Source of the DNA: Callorhinchus milii
Taxonomy: Eukaryota
Direction: 5' to 3'
Assembly: GCF_018977255.1 (NCBI RefSeq)
Contig: NW_024704742.1
Span: 106,766,001-106,830,000, forward strand
Length of the DNA stretch: 64,000 bases
Shown in pieces: positions 11,193-24,186 of the stretch; the stretch's first letter is position 1, and each line of letters begins with the position of its first letter. Position numbers and translations under genes: made by a program. Below the pieces are notes generated by a model. The model had not been told where the DNA came from. It worked only from the letters and a program-made list of their open reading frames with translations, and did no database searches.

Positions 11193-13031
11193 TGTCCTCC
11201 ACAATAATCAACTTCGGTATTTTTTCACTCATGATTATTAATGATTAAATCTTTTGATTGTATTAATTACACCATTTAAGGGGTATTGCAAAATAATCAT
11301 ATTTTGATACAATAGTATAGCAATATTAACAAATGTATTTCCCACCAGGAAAGTTACTTTCTACATGTATATATTAAGCATATTTGAACCCAAAAGACAA
11401 AAATGACACCCTAGAAACAAAACGAGGATCTGTGGTCTGGAAAGGTATGATTGGGCTGTTTGGCCCATTTTGTAGCAATGATTGTCTTGAGGAAAAAATG
11501 TATAAAACACTGTCGTCAAGTGATATTTCTTCCCTAGTAGTTTAGTATCCAGGCAAGGGTTTCCAAAGTTGATCATCATTGTCATCACTTCTGCATCTTT
11601 GTGTGTGCGTACACTGAAAATTACTTACGGACGTAGAAGTCTCTTCAATTAATCACCTGTTCTCTCAAAATTTGAAAGATGACAACCACATTCTGGTGTG
11701 CTGAATTTGGCTGCAGCTCCACTCTGTATCTTTTCATCTTCTCTAAACTACATGTATATTACTATTTGTAGGAAAGTTGATCTAGGTAGATAGCACCACA
11801 ATTTGTTGATGTTGCATTAAGCAGTTCGTTGAGTGCTTGTATATAAGCCTGTGGCTGTGATTTTACACAGGATGGGTTTAAACTCTTTTCAATGGAAAAT
11901 TTAAAAAAGTCAACTTTTTTTCTTTGTTGATTTTTCTCCCCGGCCCTCAAATACTTTGCCTACTTGGCCATTATTCATGTCCAAGTTAATGAGAATCTTG
12001 ACTGGCAAGTAACTTGAGCATAGGAGGGTATCACAGATCTTGTGCTGTTATTGCCCGATGGCCACACGCTTTAGGTGTGTGGGGGGCAAATTAACCCAGT
12101 TAATATTCCCCCTGCAAGTTGCAGAGGCCAATTTTGTTCACCTCAACTGCTCATCTGTTCAGATTGGCTAGCCTAGACCACGGATCTATTTTCACTCAGA
12201 GTTGTTGGGATGTCCATCTGAACTGGCAAATGGGGCCTCAGTTTAATATTTCATCCAAAGGATGACATGGCATCTCCTTCAACAATGCAACCCACTGCAG
12301 CATTGAGTGTCAGCCTAGACTATTTGCATTCAGAGTCCTGACATGGGGCTGGAACCCCACAAAACCTTGTTTCAGAAGTGCAGTTCACTTGTGTGCTTTG
12401 GGGGAAACTGGCACTGACGTCAGAGATCCATTTTAAGGGTGTAATTGTTCTGTCCTGCTTATTCGCAAAGTATAATTGTGTGCACAGACAGCACGGTGAC
12501 TCACAGCTCCAGACAGTGTAATGTCCCAGTGCAACACTACAGATATCTGATATCTGTAATAAACTTGTAATTGGGCTCCCCGACCCTGAAATCTCAATTT
12601 GGTGAGAGAACATTTAAAATTCTATCACAAAGGAAGGAAATTGAAAAAAAACTTACAATGTATTACAGACAGTATTGTGAATATTGTAGCAGAGGTAAGT
12701 GAATGAACTACAGTGAGTGTATTATGAACAAGGCTGAGATCAGATAGATACGAAGACAAAGAATCTATGAAATATTTAGCATAAATAAGTCTATATAGAC
12801 AAAACATGGCATATTGGCTGTATCATTCAGCAAGCTATTTTACAGACTTTCTAAATTGCCTAAAAGTTTATTAGCTTTCCAAATGTTGTTCCCCCTTTTA
12901 AGAGAGTCTCAACTCTGCTCAGCCCCTCTATTAAAAGCCAAGGTTAGATTAAAATTTATGATGTAGGAAACTACCACAAAGGGCACAAATTCCAAATTAT
13001 TTTCTACACCATTTTTTTTTCTTATTTTTAG

Positions 13032-13334
13032 CCATTTCAACCCTGAAGTTAGTCAGCAACTCCCATTCTATCTTCATAAGTCAGAGGGCAGGAAAAGTGC
13101 CTTGTGAATAGGTCCATAAACATCAGAGATGCTCTTGAATCAACCCTCCAGGAGATGCAAATGCAAGAATTATTATTAATATTACTGCTGAAGCTCTTAG
13201 GAATTTCGATTGCTATTTTTGACAATAAATATGTTTCTTTACCAGACCCATTACAAATTGAACAAACCAATCAATCAGAATATATTTGTACTGAAAACTT
13301 GCAAAACCCAAATGAAGGTTACCTGCATGAGTAA
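13032..13334 (+). pseudogene. GIN1: Degenerate GIN1-like last exon
   Basis: Strong acceptor (tttttttcttatttttag| ending 13032), then QQLPFYLHKS (EQESLYLLQGS) and NITAEA/SIAIFDNK (NILVEDATIGIVDNE). Confidence 0.5.
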
Positions 13335-13347
13335 TGCTTGCGAACAC

Positions 13348-13353
13348 TTTATT
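13348..13353 (-). terminator. PAM: Candidate PAM polyadenylation signal (AATAAA); 3' UTR about 14043-13330
   Basis: TTTATT on the plus strand about 700 nt downstream of the stop, after an AU-rich stretch. Actual usage cannot be verified from sequence. Confidence 0.55.
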
Positions 13354-14043
13354 ACACAAATTACATTCAGTGACCGAAAATAGTGTTCTGACAATATAAC
13401 AATTTTCCCCCAGATTCAATGTATTTGACATTTACTATGAATACATCAGAAAAAATTGATTTTTGTTGCAAATACAGAAACTTTATCTCTGTATACACAT
13501 ATTTTCTCTGCACCAAATAAAGCAAAAATGACAATTATGGAGAATCTAAGACACAAAGCAGCAGCTTTGTTTCTTTTCTGTGGCACAATTTAATTATACT
13601 AAAGTAGGCTGACAATGCTCGATAGAGAAGGCACAATATTACACACTGGAAATATAGACTAAAGTGCCAGACAGGACGGTAGCCAAATGCTACATGTCAA
13701 GCAGAGAAAACTTACTGATTCACCAACACAGGTTCATAGCTCTTGCAAAATAAGGCAGTAATAATTAAATAAAGAGTAAGATGGTCTGAAGCAGGAGATG
13801 TGCTTGAATTAAAGATAATACCTGGTCCCTAGAGTAAAACAGATTTGACTCTTCAAATATGTTAGCAACAGCATGATATGAAAATCTTCAAAAAAAAATA
13901 AATAAAAGTACATGTTGTATATCCAAAACAGACTAATACAAATACAATATAACACATATCCTGAATACATCTGCTTTTAGGGAAAAAGAATGAGAGTTCA
14001 ACATATGGTCACCCTCATTGGATCAAACTTGAATTAGCATATC

Positions 14044-14216
14044 TCAGGAGGATGAGGTGGTTGGCGGTGCTGAATATTCTTCTGTTTCTGAGTCTGTGCC
14101 CTCCTCATCTTTTTCATGATCACTTCCTTCAGTACTTAGTCTGTCAAAACCCTTTCGACTGTACCCTCTGTGACTTGCAAAGAAGTTGCCCAGGTTAAGT
14201 CCTCGGCTGTTTTTTC
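14044..14216 (-). CDS. PAM: PAM last coding exon, cytosolic routing domain
   Basis: GKNSRGLNLGNFFASHRGYSRKGFDRLSTEGSDHEKDEEGTDSETEEYSAPPTTSSS then TGA (14046-14044); near-identical to the mammalian GLNLGNFFASRKGYSRKGFDRLSTEGSD tail. Confidence 0.97.
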
Positions 14217-14449
14217 CTGACGTAAATAAAATAATTTTGTTTTAATGTGGATATTCTGACAAATCCATTGTTTTCTATAAAAAAGGATATTGCACTTTAT
14301 TGGACATATAATACATCTAACTTTGATTTCCTTCATTTTGAGGCAAAGTTTCAAACCACACCTAGAGAACTGGATACAGTTCTTGTCGCTGCAATAATTG
14401 GAGGTTGCATTGAGCCCAGAGACAGTACAGAGGATAGCAAAGTCGATAA

Positions 14450-14805
14450 TCGGCACTGTTAGAGGAATGATTAGACAAGATAGAGTTCTCCAGTCTTGAG
14501 AGAAGAAAACTCATGGGGCTCTACAGAGGGGTATAGCATTTCAAATGGGATTAAAAAAGTGAACGCCAAACAATACTTCAGGATGTACCAAGACAATAGA
14601 ACACAAGCCATATATAAGAACAGATATCAGGATGTCTCTCTTTACCCAGAGGCTAATTAACACCAAAATACCAGGAAGAGTGGTTGAAGCCAGGACACTG
14701 GACTCATTTAAAAAACAACCTGATGCTGTGGATGAGAATATGGGAGTTTTGGAAAGATGAGGTCAGATGGGCTGAAGGACCTTCTTTATCCACACAAATC
14801 TTGTG
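14450..14805 (+). mobile_element. CR1-clade LINE 3' fragment
   Basis: SLERRKLMG..RTQ..FTQRLIN..PGRVVEA..DSFKKQ decayed ORF2 end plus gatgggctgaaggaccttc tail. Confidence 0.7.
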
Positions 14806-15131
14806 ATCAGATCTGTTCAATACACTTCATATTTTCACAATTCTGGATTTCCATTTGTAAATTTATCAACATTTTATTGCAGTTATGTCACGAGGAATCA
14901 AATATTTCTGAATAAAAATTATGGTTTTAGTTCCAGTCAACATTACCGTAGTATTAGAATAAGAAGTATGAATTATACAAATTAAAGTAAAAAAAAATTG
15001 TTATTTACATTGTGTTTGTTATGTAAAATTGTCTTTGAAGTCTTTATGAACAATTACATTAATATGTACATTCTACAAATGCAGGAGAAATTACTTAAAC
15101 ACAATTAAAAATTATGTTCTTGCTTCCTTAC

Positions 15132-15194
15132 CCCTAAATCTTCCCAAGATTCCTCCTGATGATTGTATTGACTCCAATTTGCTGTCAGCATCTT
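15132..15194 (-). CDS. PAM: PAM short cytosolic exon (exon Bb equivalent)
   Basis: EDADSKLESIQSSGGILGRFR (human DSEHKLETSSGRVLGRFR); tandem acceptor cag|aag| and |gtaagg donor; 63 or 60 nt. Confidence 0.93.
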
Positions 15195-15671
15195 CTGTGT
15201 GGACAACATAAAATACAATGTCAGCCTATACACTGTCGTATTCTGTTTCTAATAAATTGGCAATACATTTTGAAAAAAGCACTGCAAGATTCATATAAAA
15301 GAGCTGCTCCTTTTGTGCAACTCCTTTATACAATCTTGGTACTGATACCATATCAGCGAAGCCAATATAACAGGAGTTTTATTGGTTTTGCTGATGTGAT
15401 ATAGTACCAAGTTGAAGCTGATACGATATCAGAAGAGATAATATATTTTGGCTCTTCTGATATAGCTTCAACTTCATACAGAATGATCAGCCTGGCTCAG
15501 TTGGTAGCACTCACCTCTGAGTCAGAAGGTTGGGGGTTGAAATCCCACGTCAAGACTTTATACTCATAGGATCGATTGACATTCTAACGCAGTGCTGGAT
15601 TAGCACTGCATTATTGGAGATGTCATCCTTCAGATCAAATATCAAGGCCTCGTCTTCCTGTTCAGGTACAT

Positions 15672-15952
15672 ATAATAATAATAATCCTTGCATTTGATAT
15701 AGCGCGTTTTCACATCTTCCAGAATAGACTGTACAGTGAATGGACTATATTTGTGGGTGAAACGCGGCAGCCAATTGCGCACAGCAGTGTACCACAAACA
15801 GTCGTGGATTGAAGTGACTAATTTTATTATTTTTTTAAGGGTATTAGGCGTGTGGAGTAAGGAAACTTGCCCAAGGTTTCGCCCTGCTGGGAATCGAACC
15901 CAGGTTTCTCGCTTGTGAGGCGAGTGTTCTAACCACTGAGCTACAGGACTCC
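15672..15952 (-). mobile_element. tRNA-derived SINE family A (full length), inserted in a DeuSINE-like copy (15486-16160, +)
   Basis: Minus strand ggagtcctgtagctcagtggttagaacactcgcc..gggttcgattccc (pol III A/B boxes), ending gcgctatatcaaatgcaaggattattattatt. Confidence 0.85.
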
Positions 15953-17238
15953 TATATTAAAGGTTTCTTCACACTAACAGAAAAGAGAAGGAAGGTTCTC
16001 CTTGTGTCCTGGCCATTTATCTCCCTGATAAATTGGTCATTATTCGCTTCCTGGCTGGTTCACTGCTGTGCACAAATTGTCTGCTATAAATACAGTCACT
16101 TCACTTTACAGCCATCATTTGTGAAGCAGATGAGTCATATCACATGCAAGGTTTATTATTAATGTAGTGGTGAGAGGTTGGAGTGTGGAGCTATACTATC
16201 CATTTGCATTAAGGGAGAAATAATCAAGCTCCACACAATCATACTCAAACAAGTGTACAAAGTGCAATTTGTGCCATCATTTCTACCCAACGGAAGAAGA
16301 GTACAAATGCAGCATAATTTTAAAAACAGCTAGTAAATGAGCAGATTTCCAGTGGTAGCATACAGGTTCAAGTTGGCATAAAGAATAAAAAACCCAGTCC
16401 AGACCAATTGTAAAGGTGGCCTCATTCAAAATTGGGCTTTTATATTGCACCTTTGATGCTGTCATCAGAAAAGTAACAGCAGGCACTGATGTTCATTAGT
16501 GCAGTGTAATAATAGTAAAACATATCTTTAGATGTTTAGGAGTGGCTTATAAGGAATTAAATACCATATTTATAAGGTTCAGATTACATTATACAGTTTG
16601 GTATTAGGACAAAAATTAGTGGCTACAATTTCTGTTTGGTCAGCTGGGTATCTGACACCTGCAGTCACCCAACAACGTAAGAGTATCCAAACTATACAGA
16701 GCTCCACATATGTATGTCACCTACAAATGGAAATCTCCCTGTGTCTGAAATGGAATGTGCACTCTCCCTGGAGCGACACAACCTGCTTACCTAATTCAGG
16801 AGAGTATTAGGCACTGGTTAGGAAGAGTCAGGACTTGGGGACCCTAGAGTGTGCAATGGGGTACTGCTCAACTTTAATCAGCTAAAACCGTCTGCAATTC
16901 TTCACAAATAACAATGTGCACCTATATAGTTTCTTTCATGTTGGGGAAACATCTCAAAGCGCTTCACAAAGGAATGGGAGCCTGACCTGGGTGAGAGATA
17001 AAGGCAGTGGGGAGTGGGATGCATGAGAGAGATTTTTTGATGGAAGGGGTAACACGAGGCGGGGATTTTGAAAGAGAGTTCCTGAGGGTGTGGTAAATCT
17101 GAAAGATCGTCTGCAAAAGTTAGGGCAGAGGAGCATGAGACTGGAGGTGGCAGAGTGGCGGGAGTGGCCAGTAAAATAGGGTTGCCAGAAATCGCAGATA
17201 ATTAATACAGTATTTGCAATATGAATTATACTGTGTAC

Positions 17239-17442
17239 CTCCATACATCTTGCCCTTTCGCCAGTGGATGAAAACTCCGATGCCTACTAACACCACAACA
17301 GGAATAACCAGCAGTAACGTAATAAGGACGGGAGAAACTGCAGTGCTGGCCTGCTTGAGGATATTCTTCCTATTATGCTTCTCAAGCACATCAGGGGCTT
17401 TCATCTTGCCTTCTATTTCTGCTTCTAGAAATGTCTCAGTTG
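17239..17442 (-). CDS. PAM: PAM transmembrane exon (exon Ba equivalent)
   Basis: ATETFLEAEIEGKMKAPDVLEKHNRKNILKQASTAVSPVLITLLLVIPVVVLVGIGVFIHWRKGKMYG; hydrophobic TM segment followed by a basic stop-transfer; 204 nt; phase 1-1. Confidence 0.95.
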
Positions 17443-17851
17443 CTTTAAAGTTGACAAAAATATATAAAATCAGTTCACACCTCTTTCACTTAAGTCACTG
17501 ATGGGGACATTTTACAATAATCACTCTTTGATACAGATTTGGTCAAATTAATTTCATGCAAATAAGTATGTTTTGACTTCAAAAACCTTTTACAATTGTT
17601 TAAATGTTGCCCACTAATACTGTACATTCTATATAATAATTATTCTTGTGTTCATTTATTTAATACAATAACCATAAATTGCACTATATAGCACCTTTCA
17701 CATCAGGAGGTCATCCCATTTAAGAAAAATACACACTTGTATGTGAAAAATATGTATTCTTAGACGTTACAAACAACAGTAATTTTTACATTTATATAGA
17801 GTCTTTCATGTCGGGAACATTTCACAAAATACAAACACAGAAAATACTAAC

Positions 17852-17911
17852 CATCAATTTCATGTACCTCAATACCGGGCCCCGCTTTCTTTACTGAACG
17901 GTGTTCAGCTT
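17852..17911 (-). CDS. PAM: PAM coding exon, juxtamembrane dibasic site
   Basis: KAEHRSVKKAGPGIEVHEID (human KLEHRSVKKAGIEVQEIK); tttcag| and |gttagt; 60 nt. Confidence 0.95.
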
Positions 17912-19079
17912 CTGAAATAGCAAGTAGAATTTCCGTAAAACAACTTCAATTCGTAAAATAAACTATGAAAAGAAACCCTCAAAAGTGAGCCTACAATATA
18001 TGGAATTTCCCCTTATTACCTCCATGTTATCAAGGAGATTATTCACTTGCTGGTTGAACTCTTGCAGTTATGTTTTTTATGTTGACAAATCTGAAGGACT
18101 TACCTGAAGGACTAAGACCCATAGTACAGGATACCACTATTGCTTGTCGGATGCAGTCTGTGAAAATATATTGTGTACCACTCCCCTTATGCTCTATCAT
18201 GAACGTGTCACTGGGAGTTGGGATTCTTTCCACTCAGCTCCCATTAACCATGCAAGTTAAAGCCTTAATGTCCTAGCTGGACCAATGACTTGAAGCTTGC
18301 CAGACAGTGCTCTGCGGTCCCCAAGCCTCGATGCTTGCCAACCTGCAACTAACACTCTGGAACTAGGTAAGTAGGGTGCATCCCTTTGGAAAGAGAGAGC
18401 ACATTCTAGACACAGCAAAATTCCCATGCGTAGGTCGCATACATATGTGGAACAAATCATGACTGGGGAATACTGTGCACAGAAAATTATTTTATTCAAA
18501 CTCATTCAGCTGTCAATACTGGAGGAGTAGCTTACGAAGAGGAGGGGGTGAGAAATAAGGCCAACCTTCCTTCAAAAATATTCCTTTTTCAATCTTTGGG
18601 TCATTTTTGTGTTGGGAAACACAACTTGAAGCCCTTTTGGCTCTTGTGGACAAGGCTTCCACTTTATGGATTACGCTGTTTGATGAAGTGGCAGCAAGAA
18701 AGCAGCAGCTCAAGATTATTACTTGGAGATTTCTTCTTATGCAGAGTTTAATTAAGCTGTGGATCACGTTACCAGAAGTGGCTATTGAAACTGAGCCAAT
18801 TGCGATATTTCAAAGAGTGCAATGAGATAAATACATATGTAGCTCCGGAGGGAAGCAAACACAGCACAGGCACAATGGGTCAAATGGCCTCCTTCTGTGC
18901 ACAGATTTGTTCGATTACAAGTGCCAAACAGCCACCTGTCAGCTGCAAGGAATGTTGGATTGGAGTCAGAGATGGAACAGTGCCCAAACTACAAGCAAAA
19001 CTCCAAATCCTGTGTCAGTACTAGAAGTCTTAGACCTGATAGAATCAAGGATACTGTAGTTTTTTTTTGGATACACATC

Positions 19080-19400
19080 TATCCGCACTTGGTGGGTACT
19101 GGCCTGCTCCATGTCACCTGCATTGCCATCATCACCAGTTGGGTCTTCAGTCTTTCTGCTGCCACCCTCTGGAACGCCATCCTGGAGCCCCTTCGTCTCG
19201 CTCCCTCCCTTGACTCCATCAAGGCTCGTCTCAAGAGCTTTCTCTTTGACCTTGCCTTTGGTCATCCTGACACCTCCACCCCACCTTGTCCTCCACCCTT
19301 CTTGACTTCAATCTCCAGCTTGGGTGCAAAAACTTCACTGTCCAGCGCCTTGGGACGTGCTCCCAATATGAAATGCGCTATATAAATGCAATTTGTTGTT
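19080..19400 (+). mobile_element. L2 LINE 3' end
   Basis: FSLSAATLWNAILEPLRLAPSLDSIKARLKSFLF plus gcgctatataaatgcaatttgttgtt tail. Confidence 0.85.
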
Positions 19401-20160
19401 ATCTGGCATAGTAAAAATGCCCTACTCTTGGTGTTAAGCATTGTCTTAACAAGCATTAACAAACACAGTCTCGCTACACCATTAGCCAGAGAAAGAAAAG
19501 GTTGACACCAGTCAGTACTGATGAGGTCTTCAAGTTGTCTTGAACACTTTCCTCTTCAAGCTTGGAGACTTTGACACCCCCATTTTATATAATTCCAGAC
19601 AGCAGCTGTTCCCTCTAGCTTATGCAAGTGGTCAATTTTTACATCCAAGTCTCAGCAACCTATTTGAACACAAGGGGATTCTAAACTAAGCCGGATCCCA
19701 GAGGCTACACAACGTGCTTCCAACCAGCAAGGGTTGCTCGGCAAGGATGCAAACTAAAAATCCTTGGCAGAACTTTTCCTCCTTCTTCCAAGGATACCCA
19801 GGCCAATTAAGCTATTGCTTCCACTAGGGAGGTGAAATCAATTAATTGAGCATCGATCAGGAAATCAAACCCCAGACCTTCCTAATGCCACACCTTGCAA
19901 TATGTTACCAATGGAGCCACTGGGGAGTATTAATTTTCAGAACCGTAACGAAATATAGAAAAGTTGTTCTATGTTCCAGGAGTGAAGAGAGCAATGCCCG
20001 TTTACCCAAGCTTCACACTGAACCATTCCACACACCCTTAATACACTGGAAAGAGCTATGTCAGCAAACTAGCAGGTAATAATTCATAGTCTGCAGGAAA
20101 AATACAGACAGCAATAAAAGTTAAACAAGAGTGTTGAAAAAAATCAAGTGAAAGGCTTAC

Positions 20161-20260
20161 TTTCTGATGGTATGAATTTCCTCAATCTGCTTGCCTGGAC
20201 ATCCCCAATATAAACAGTCCTATCATCTGCTGCGACAATGTCATGTGGCATCAGGAAATT
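20161..20260 (-). CDS. PAM: PAM coding exon, end of PAL domain
   Basis: NFLMPHDIVAADDRTVYIGDVQASRLRKFIPSE; ccttcag| and |gtaagc; 100 nt. Confidence 0.96.
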
Positions 20261-20956
20261 CTGAAGGAAAATAAATTAATGTTAGCGTACATGGAAAAGT
20301 AAAACATTATCTCACTGAAATCTCAAGATTTCTTAGTAGGATCTTCATTCTTTGCACCCAAAGCACATCTCTGTCCATCTCCCACTTGTTCACCATCTCC
20401 AATTCAGCTTCCTTCCCCCTTCGTCCTGACAATATCACCAGTAATGATGTTGCATGTAATGAGCATTACATACAATGCTTTGTACTCCAGCCCAAAACAC
20501 CATTTAAACAACTTTATGAAAGTTTTAAAATGTAATTTTTTTGAGGAAAACACATAATTGAGCCTGATTGACTTCAGCACCTTGGGATGTTCTCCCGACG
20601 TGAAAGGCGCTACGTAAATGTAAATGTGTTGTTGTTATTATACAACGTTTTAATTTTTTTTAAGAAATTCAAGATTTCTTCCTCTAGGGCATCAACTGTT
20701 AGCATTGCCAGGCAGTTCCCCTGTACTTTGCACTAAAAGAATAGCACCCGAATATACACACCACTATAAATACAGTATTTTAATCACCTCCCAAAGCCAA
20801 ATGTGGCCTCTAAGTTGAATCAGTGTTCAATTTAACTTGACATTTTTATAAATTTGGAGCTTTTGAAAACAAAAATCAGCTATTATTTTACATCATTATT
20901 ATATATTAGTTTACACTCCTCTTAGCAAAACCTTATGATTTGTTTATTTCTGATAC

Positions 20957-21075
20957 CTCTTTGGCTGGTTTGAAAATATCCAGTATTTCTCCAGTTGAAA
21001 AATTCATTACAAATCCTTGTACTGGAACACTATTGCCAACAAGTGCCTCTCCATTGACTGCATATAATCGACCAC
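20957..21075 (-). CDS. PAM: PAM coding exon, PAL domain
   Basis: GGRLYAVNGEALVGNSVPVQGFVMNFSTGEILDIFKPAKE; ttttag| and |gtatca; 119 nt. Confidence 0.96.
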
Positions 21076-21688
21076 CTAAAATATAAAGTGAGTTCATAAA
21101 ATAATGACATAAGCAATAACAATCAAAGCATGAATTTTAAATTTATTTTTCGGCGATGGAGATTTTTTTCTAATGGGAATATGCGCAAGGGGATTGGGTG
21201 GAGGCCATGTAGAGTTTAAACACCAGTATGGACTAGATGGGCAGAATTGCCGGTTTCCGTGATGTAATGTTCTATGCAATTCAAAAATGAGGGTGATTAT
21301 GACTTCTTTCTTCTCTAATTATTGTAATGAGTTCTGGCAATCTCTGCAGTTTGTTCATGGTCCGATCCACACCAGAATAAAGCATTTCCTCAGAGCTGTT
21401 TGTATGACTATTTGCTTTGCGGTGTATGACATTTTAGTTACAAGTTTCAGTGTAGTCTTACTTTCTAAAACTACTATGTTTGTGTTGGTGTATAAAGTAT
21501 CTCAGATGTTTAATTTATTATAAATCCACCTCCTCCTATTACTTGATGCTAACTTACTCAATGTAGATAAATGTTATAGCCGCACCAGAAATCAGCGACA
21601 GATATTTCTGTAGGGTAAGAACACCAAGTGTAGGTTATTTTGACTGAGCTATACACTGATGCATTTACTTTTCTCTATCACTCTAGAG

Positions 21689-21760
21689 CAGGGTGATCCA
21701 ATCTTTTGGCTGCCGTGGGCTGGATTCCCTATTTGAGAAAGGTCCCCGAGCCGCATAAGC
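21689..21760 (+). mobile_element. Possible hAT/Charlie (MER30-like) left end
   Basis: ctctagag (NTCTAGAN target consensus) followed by cagggtgatccaatcttttggct..tgggc. The right end is uncertain, perhaps about 22337. Confidence 0.35.
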
Positions 21761-23381
21761 AATATTTTGTGTTTCCCTTCCAGAAACAACAACATTTTCA
21801 TAGCGCCTTTTTCATTTTAGAAGGACATCTTGACATTGCTGGCTGGGCATCTGAGATGGGGTTGGGACTGAGAGAGGTGGGATGGGGAGGAGAAAAGATT
21901 GACCGAAAGCATAGTCAAGGAGTTAGGTTGTGATGTGCCTTGAAAGAGGAGTGAGGGACTCCAGGAATGGAACTTCAGAGAGTGGGTTGGCAAGAGACAC
22001 GCTTGCCTTCCTGACACACTGCACCAACCACCAGCTCTTTAGAACTCAAAGGATAATAAAGATGGAATATCTGAAGTGTCACAAAGCATTGGTTGTGAGT
22101 TTGGCTAACAGAAAAGTGTGGCCACACTTTTCCTGTGGATTGCGCTACAAACATCATCCCTCCGCTACAAACCTGTAAAAGGACAATGTGCTCATCGCTG
22201 GGCCTCTGTGCACTGTTTGCTCAATGCTGCTAATGTGGGTGGAGTGGCTCAGGTCGTGCATGCGTGGGGAGTGTTGGGATCGTGGAAGCGGTGCAAGAGG
22301 GAAATCGGCTTCGCCTGCCAGTGAGCTCGACACCCGGCCTAACCCGAGCTCCTGCGACAAATTCTTGGTTTTTAGTATTTTAAACATAACTACATATTCA
22401 GGAAATATCTGCCTATAGTTTTAATCTGGGTTGTTTCACCAAAATGCGTCTCTCAATGGCAGCAATTAATCCTCTGCAAATGTACCACCCCTTGCAAGTT
22501 CCTGCAAAATTTGTCAAATGCCCTGCATTAGCCGAAGTACTAGCTGCCTTTTTTCTTCAGCAACAAACTTTACTTACAACATCATGATATCTCACACTGG
22601 TATTAGAAGTACAGGCTGGTTACTGCGGCTGTTTAAACCATTCATGCAAAGTGAAGTTAAATTAAAGCACACATCTGAAAGTTTAACGCACTTTAACCCA
22701 GAATTTGCATCTACTGTACAATTCCATGCAGTTTCAGCTTGTTTATCTCCAGCAGTATCTCAACTTGCACTCTGGGGTCTCTAAGCCGAAACTGCCACCT
22801 GCGCCTCATACATTCTGGAATTAGGTAAGTAGGGTGCATCCCTTTAGGGAGAGAGTACTCATTTGATTCCAGACACAAATAAATATTCTTGCATATATGG
22901 GATACATATGTGGAACTGTGTCTGGTTTGGGTATTCTTACGCATGATGATGGGTTACTGCATCCTTCATTATCCTTCTTCAATCAATATTCTTATTATTC
23001 GGTCACTATTGTTACCCTACCAGCTTCCATCTGTTCTAATCGAATCTGTCTTGCTGTATTTGTTTCTCTCTCCTACAATAGATTTGTTTCTGTCATACAC
23101 TACAAGACATCCTACTTATAATAATACTTTACATAAATATGAACAGGAATAGTAAATGATTAAATGTGGTTTATGAATAAAGTGTGCATTCCATTCCAGA
23201 CACAAGGAAATCTCCACGTGTAGGTGCCATACAAATGTGGAACTTTCAGTTTGGTTTGGATACTTTTAAGCATGGGCATGGGTTTCTGCACGTGTCAAGA
23301 CACCCGACTGACCAAAAAGTTACAATTTCATACAAAGCGGTTTACTCTCACTCGGACACAGTACTTAGTATCCAGCATTAC

Positions 23382-23591
23382 CATTGCCAGGTGTGTAGGA
23401 GACTGCAAACAGTCGTCCTCCAAATTCCGGGTGATGAATCTCACGGAGAAATTCTCCCGATTCTGCTACAAAGCACTGAATTCGTCCATTCTCCCTATCT
23501 GCGACACACAGCTGCCTCAATCCGGGCACGAACACCAAACTGTGTGGAATGAAGAATTGACCTGGTTTGGGTATCCTGGAAAGTGAACTCT
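23382..23591 (-). CDS. PAM: PAM coding exon, PAL domain
   Basis: ESSLSRIPKPGQFFIPHSLVFVPGLRQLCVADRENGRIQCFVAESGEFLREIHHPEFGGRLFAVSYTPGN; ttgcag| and |gtaatg; 210 nt. Confidence 0.97.
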
Positions 23592-24186
23592 CTGCAAGGC
23601 AAAATGTTAATGCTATTGTAACAATCCGTTTAAAAAAAGATGAAAAATGATTATTTCCAAAAGACAAGATTAAACATTAAAAAAAGGCTGACAATAAATT
23701 CAAGGCATTAATCCAATATAATTGCTCCACTGACATTCCAAATATAATTTCTCTATATACCCATAGAACTCAACGTTTGTTAATCTTATCAACAGCGAAT
23801 AATCATTTCATGTGTCAGCCTAGATGTTCATAGCACTCTTGCCTGTGAGTCAGGTGGTTGCAGTTTTAAGACCCACATTGGGATTTTGAACTCATTGTCA
23901 TTGGCTGACACTAACGCAATGTTGGCTGGGAAAGCACTGTATTGTCAGAGAAGCTGTCTTTTGGATGAGACATTAAACTAGTTCTATTCAGCTTCTGCCA
24001 AAACATCAGAACTCAAGGAACAAAGCATTCCAGGTCTATTTCAGTCTTGCTATAATATTCGAGACAGTTTAAATAATGTCATCCAAAATGATCGTTGAAC
24101 ATCAGAAATAAGACAATGAATACAATGAGTACAGTTTTCAGGAAATCAAGTCCTGTAATAACAAGTTTTCTCCAAAGATTATGTAC

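Noticed and set aside
14136..14456. ORF-track frame over the last PAM exon
   Set aside because: It is the wrong frame; the phase-1 spliced frame gives the conserved PAM tail.
15880..15952. tRNA genes (also at about 27820, 54215 and 58900)
   Set aside because: They are tRNA-derived SINE heads continuous with SINE bodies and tails.
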